Source: Promethearchaeota archaeon (GTDB taxonomy: Archaea > Asgardarchaeota > Lokiarchaeia > Sigyniarchaeales > SOKP01). Taken from it: 64,000 nucleotides of DNA. How positions within the stretch are numbered: position 1 is the stretch's first letter; each line of letters begins with the position of its first letter. The stretch is from NCBI GenBank assembly GCA_016839765.1, contig JAEOTP010000007.1, positions 96,151 to 160,150 of the forward strand. Direction: 5' to 3'. The notes under the pieces are model-generated. The model saw only the letters and a list, made by a program, of their open reading frames with translations. It was not told the DNA's origin and did not search any database. The position numbers and the translations under genes are program-made. Below, one piece after another: positions 60,394 to 64,000 of the stretch.

Positions 60394-61062
60394 ATGTCGA
60401 AATTAGATAATCCAAAATATTTAGCAATTCTAATATTAATTGGAGGAAAAAGTACACGTTTTGGTACTGAAAGAGCAGTAGTAGAATTATTTGGAAAGCC
60501 CTTAATTTTACACCAAATAGAAACTTTATCTGAATTCGATCAGGATATTTTCGCAGTTGCTCACTCGGGCGAACAAATATTTAACTATAAGCAGCAAATT
60601 GAATTTCCAAGAGAAATTACATTTATTGTTGATGATCGCGAGATATTTAACCATACTAATATCTATAAGCCTATGTTAGGAATTTACTCGGGTTTTAAGG
60701 AATTGTTGGGACAAGGTTTCGAAAAGGCATTCGTTTTATCATGTGACATGCCTTTAATCAAGCCAGAAGTCATAGAATATATGATAAGGCAATCTGAAGG
60801 TTATGAATGTGCATTGCCAAGATGGGAAAATGGATTTTTAGAGCCCTATTTTGCTATATATCCTGTAGAGAAAGGTTTTCAAAAAGCAAAGGAAATTCTC
60901 ACGACTGAGAATTATGGATTACTTAACTTGATCGATAAGAACTGGAATATCAATTATATTTCTGTTGAAGAAAAAATCCAACCTTTAGATAAAAATTTAG
61001 TAAGTTTAATCAATATTAAAGGACCAATAGATTTAGTGAAATTAACGAAATTATATCAATAG
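60394..61062 (+). CDS. mobA: Molybdenum cofactor guanylyltransferase
   Basis: ILIGGKSTRFG, PMLGIYSG, LSCDMP, EPYFAIY, INI. Confidence 0.85.
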   Translation: MSKLDNPKYLAILILIGGKSTRFGTERAVVELFGKPLILHQIETLSEFDQDIFAVAHSGEQIFNYKQQIEFPREITFIVDDREIFNHTNIYKPMLGIYSGFKELLGQGFEKAFVLSCDMPLIKPEVIEYMIRQSEGYECALPRWENGFLEPYFAIYPVEKGFQKAKEILTTENYGLLNLIDKNWNINYISVEEKIQPLDKNLVSLINIKGPIDLVKLTKLYQ

Positions 61063-61077
61063 ATAACTCAACTATCA

Positions 61078-61305
61078 TTGTTAAGAAGAAATATGCTTTT
61101 ATTGATACAACAAATTTCCTCCTCAGACGCTTTATTAATTTTAATATTAATAATATTATCTCTAATTAGCTTAGTAATTTTAATAAAAACAATAATCGCA
61201 GAATTAAAACAGCCTTCAACTGAACAAGAAATATTAATTTTTATAATGGGTTTTATTTTGATTCTAATGTTATCGCTAATTATAGCTCTGCTTAAAAGTT
61301 TTTAA
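61078..61305 (+). CDS. Small two-TM membrane protein
   Basis: Two hydrophobic helices joined by a short polar loop. Confidence 0.5.
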   Translation: MLRRNMLLLIQQISSSDALLILILIILSLISLVILIKTIIAELKQPSTEQEILIFIMGFILILMLSLIIALLKSF

Positions 61306-61527
61306 GATTTAGTAGAAAAATTAATAATCCAAATACATTTCTTTCCATTGAACAAGGACAATGAGTTAAGAGTGGCAACTTTCCTCCAAGAGAACAGAAT
61401 CGTTGGTATTTATCAAGAAGCTGTAAGGTTTATTACAATTTCTATTAATATAACATTAATTAATTAATTTTAATAGGAAGTATGAAAATTCGTAAGAATT
61501 TTTTGATAAGATGATTTGATTTAATTA

Positions 61528-63858
61528 ATGGTTGATGAGGAATTAAAATTTTTTGATAAATCAATTATTTTACAAAAAAAAGAAGAATTAGATTCTTCTT
61601 TTAAAATAAGATCATATAAGGATAAATTAAAACTAATGAAACAAAAAAGAATTCCTCAAAAACCGATAAAAGAAGTTATAGAGAACCTCTTTTTAAGAAA
61701 TAGCTTAATTTCCAAGAAAACCAAAAATTCTATTTCTAAAGTTATTTATTGTCAAGAAGATCGGATTGTTATCGTTGTTACTAAATCAGGAAAAGATATT
61801 ATCTATAATCGAGACAAATTAATTCAAAAATATGGTTGGTTCTTTTATATAGCAAAATCAGAAAAGAAGCAAAAGGAAAAAAAAAAAGAACTAAAAAAAG
61901 AAGAACAAACAATTAGCACTGAGACTTACCAATATGATGATAACTCCATTGTCATTGAAGAAAAGCTTAATATGCGTTCTCTTTATAATACAAAAGAATA
62001 TTTTCATTATAAAAAGCTTATGGAATCTAACAATACAGTTCAAATTCCAATCAATGATGTTTTAGACGACTTTTTTCTTAAGTATAACAAAATCCCTCAT
62101 AAAGAGAAGAAATCTATTAAAAAAATAATTTATTATCAAGAAGAAAGAGTTATTGTCATCAAATCATTAATCGGAGATATCATGTATGAAAATCTAGAGG
62201 AAATCGTGAGAAATTATGGTTGGTATTTTTACATAACAGGAATTCCGGTAGGAGATAGTGAAATTTCGATAGCTATTGATAAAATAGAGAAGAAGTATGA
62301 TGAAACTTATTTTAATGAAATTTCTCTTATAAATAGTCCAGCTAAATCAAATAATGCTCGAATAACGATCTATCCTATAGTTCTTAAACCAAATCATAAT
62401 TGCCATATCCTAAGTTTAGGAAACTTAAATCTTCTGTTGGATTGTGGACTAACAGAGCCAAATGAAGAAGAAGAAATTGAAGGAGATTTAAGACATATCG
62501 AATATTATTTACAAAATCTACCTGAGATAATAAATGAAGAAATAAGAAGAAAATCAGAAAATGAAATTGCAGATATTATATCAATTGAGGAAAATTTAGA
62601 AAATTCTATTGAATTAAAAAAATCTGAAAAAGAAAAAAATAACGTTATTAGTGAACCAAAAATCGATGCGATCTTCCTTTCTCATAGTCATTATGATCAT
62701 GTTTCTGGTTTAAAGGAATTAATTAGGATGTATCCTGAAGTTCCAATTTTATGTTCGAGAATTTCTTTAGATTTATATCTTCTTAGAGATTCTAATTTTC
62801 TAAAACAAGAATCCCATGAAGAGATTGAAGAAGAAGAATACCGAAATGTTGTGAGAAATGTAATTTACGTAGAAAATGGGATAAAATTAAGGTTTAAGGA
62901 AAGAGGATGTTATCTTTCTTTTTACCATGCAGGTCATATGCCTGGTGCCTTGATGCTTCTTGCAAAAGTAAAAGATTTTAGATTTTTATATACTGGAGAT
63001 TATACATACCATGACATAACCCCATTTGCAGGGACAAGAAGATTTTTAGGACAAATATCACGTCCTATTGATTATCTCTTAATTGATGGAACTAGTGCTA
63101 ATGAAGATTATGGTAATTTATCTGATCAATTTCATAGTCTTATTCTATTTTTGGAGCAAAAAGCAGAGTATGAGGATAATGTTCTAATTGGAGCGGATCC
63201 ATCAAGCTTAGCTATCACTTTTATGCTGACCTTTTGGAGATATTTTAGGAAATTACAATTAAGAAAAGATTTCAAGAAACGCCCCAATATTTATGTAGAT
63301 ATGATGGTACGGAAAAACATTCAGGTAATTAACCATAGATATGAGTATATATATGGACCAATATCAAATTTAATTCGTGAAAAAGCAAACCCATTTAATA
63401 GCATTAAATTTAGATGGTTTGATCATGAAGATTTAGATTTTTTAAGAAAGAAAAATAATATCATTATTTCTCATCCTCCAGATCTTTCATATGGAATCAT
63501 TAGAAATATTATCAACGTAATTGGACGTAATCCGCATAATCTAGTATTTCTGGCAGGTTCAATTAATGAAAAACCTGGTGAAGACCTAATCCAGGGGAGT
63601 GATGAAATTCTATTCTCAGAGACGTGGAAGGTGCCATTTAGAGCCTTTTTAATCAATACTTTTGTTCCCTCTCTAAAAATAAAACTACATGCTGACAAGA
63701 ATCAATTAACTGAAATGGTAAAGACTCTTGAACCAAAGGAAGTTTGTTTTTTTCATCAATCTGCTAAAAAATTAATAAATATAGTAGATTATGTTAAAGA
63801 ACTCGGCGTTGAAAAAGTATCTTTACCAAAAAAGAGAAGACTTTCAATATTAAATTAG
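61528..63858 (+). CDS. Beta-CASP metallo-beta-lactamase ribonuclease with duplicated KH-like N-terminal domains
   Basis: LLDCG, SHSHYDH, AGHMPGA, YTGDY, motif B LHAD, motif C FFH. Confidence 0.85.
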   Translation: MVDEELKFFDKSIILQKKEELDSSFKIRSYKDKLKLMKQKRIPQKPIKEVIENLFLRNSLISKKTKNSISKVIYCQEDRIVIVVTKSGKDIIYNRDKLIQKYGWFFYIAKSEKKQKEKKKELKKEEQTISTETYQYDDNSIVIEEKLNMRSLYNTKEYFHYKKLMESNNTVQIPINDVLDDFFLKYNKIPHKEKKSIKKIIYYQEERVIVIKSLIGDIMYENLEEIVRNYGWYFYITGIPVGDSEISIAIDKIEKKYDETYFNEISLINSPAKSNNARITIYPIVLKPNHNCHILSLGNLNLLLDCGLTEPNEEEEIEGDLRHIEYYLQNLPEIINEEIRRKSENEIADIISIEENLENSIELKKSEKEKNNVISEPKIDAIFLSHSHYDHVSGLKELIRMYPEVPILCSRISLDLYLLRDSNFLKQESHEEIEEEEYRNVVRNVIYVENGIKLRFKERGCYLSFYHAGHMPGALMLLAKVKDFRFLYTGDYTYHDITPFAGTRRFLGQISRPIDYLLIDGTSANEDYGNLSDQFHSLILFLEQKAEYEDNVLIGADPSSLAITFMLTFWRYFRKLQLRKDFKKRPNIYVDMMVRKNIQVINHRYEYIYGPISNLIREKANPFNSIKFRWFDHEDLDFLRKKNNIIISHPPDLSYGIIRNIINVIGRNPHNLVFLAGSINEKPGEDLIQGSDEILFSETWKVPFRAFLINTFVPSLKIKLHADKNQLTEMVKTLEPKEVCFFHQSAKKLINIVDYVKELGVEKVSLPKKRRLSILN

Positions 63859-63946
63859 ATTTTTTACATCCAAGAATAACTATTAAAAAGTTAGTTTAAT
63901 AATTCTTATTTAGATATCAAATTAATAATTCTCAGGTTGAATCAAT

Positions 63947-64000
63947 ATTTACTCAGAAAAAGTGATGGATCATTTCAGAAATCCTCGAAATATGGGAGAA
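63947..64000 (+). CDS. iscU: IscU/NifU-type Fe-S scaffold, 5' part only; probable ATT start
   Basis: Reads (I)YSEKVMDHFRNPRNMGE, the classic IscU N-terminus; in-frame TGA at 63938; AGGT SD-like motif at 63934. Confidence 0.85.
   Translation, partial: MYSEKVMDHFRNPRNMGE

Noticed and set aside
2510-63698. Many short ORF-track calls overlapping longer genes (e.g. 2510, 4243, 6287, 8978, 27154, 33956, 39304, 54945, 63471)
   Set aside because: They are antisense or out-of-frame shadows of well-supported genes and show no motifs.
1-64000. CRISPR array, rRNA, transposase or integrase
   Set aside because: No regularly spaced repeats, no long GC-rich RNA segment and no DDE or tyrosine-recombinase motifs were seen.

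Overview
AT-rich, gene-dense archaeal chromosomal window, most likely an Asgard archaeon of the Lokiarchaeia/Promethearchaeia type. This is inferred from a Loki-CTERM-like IPGY sorting tail, a Ras-superfamily small GTPase, NreA, two PAC2 proteasome chaperones, several C-terminal zinc-ribbon proteins and an intron-containing tRNA. Most genes are housekeeping or metabolic: acyl-CoA/fatty-acid enzymes, rpiA, purE, dut, gatC, mobA, SufC/SufB-like and IscS/IscU Fe-S genes, a MoxR-vWA pair and a beta-CASP RNase. Several features are missing from the ORF track: a >=339-aa ORF running off the left end, tRNA-Ala(GGC) with a D-loop intron, iscU at the right end, a 34-aa membrane microprotein, a 46-aa hyperacidic microprotein and a histidine-kinase remnant. 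The most notable observations are (1) three genes (iscU, a polyferredoxin, an MFS transporter) that appear to start at ATT behind an SD-like motif; (2) a small GTPase overlapping a longin/uDENN-like + winged-helix gene, with an architecture recalling NPRL2/3; (3) a membrane-anchored subtilase resembling eukaryotic site-1 protease; (4) the tRNA intron at position 15/16; (5) both PAC2 paralogs ending in YFX rather than HbYX; and (6) an operon of a WP-repeat membrane protein, acyl-CoA ligase and a Cys-His-His KAS III-like enzyme. No CRISPR array, rRNA, transposase or integrase was seen. All family calls come from motif recognition by eye; no searches were run.
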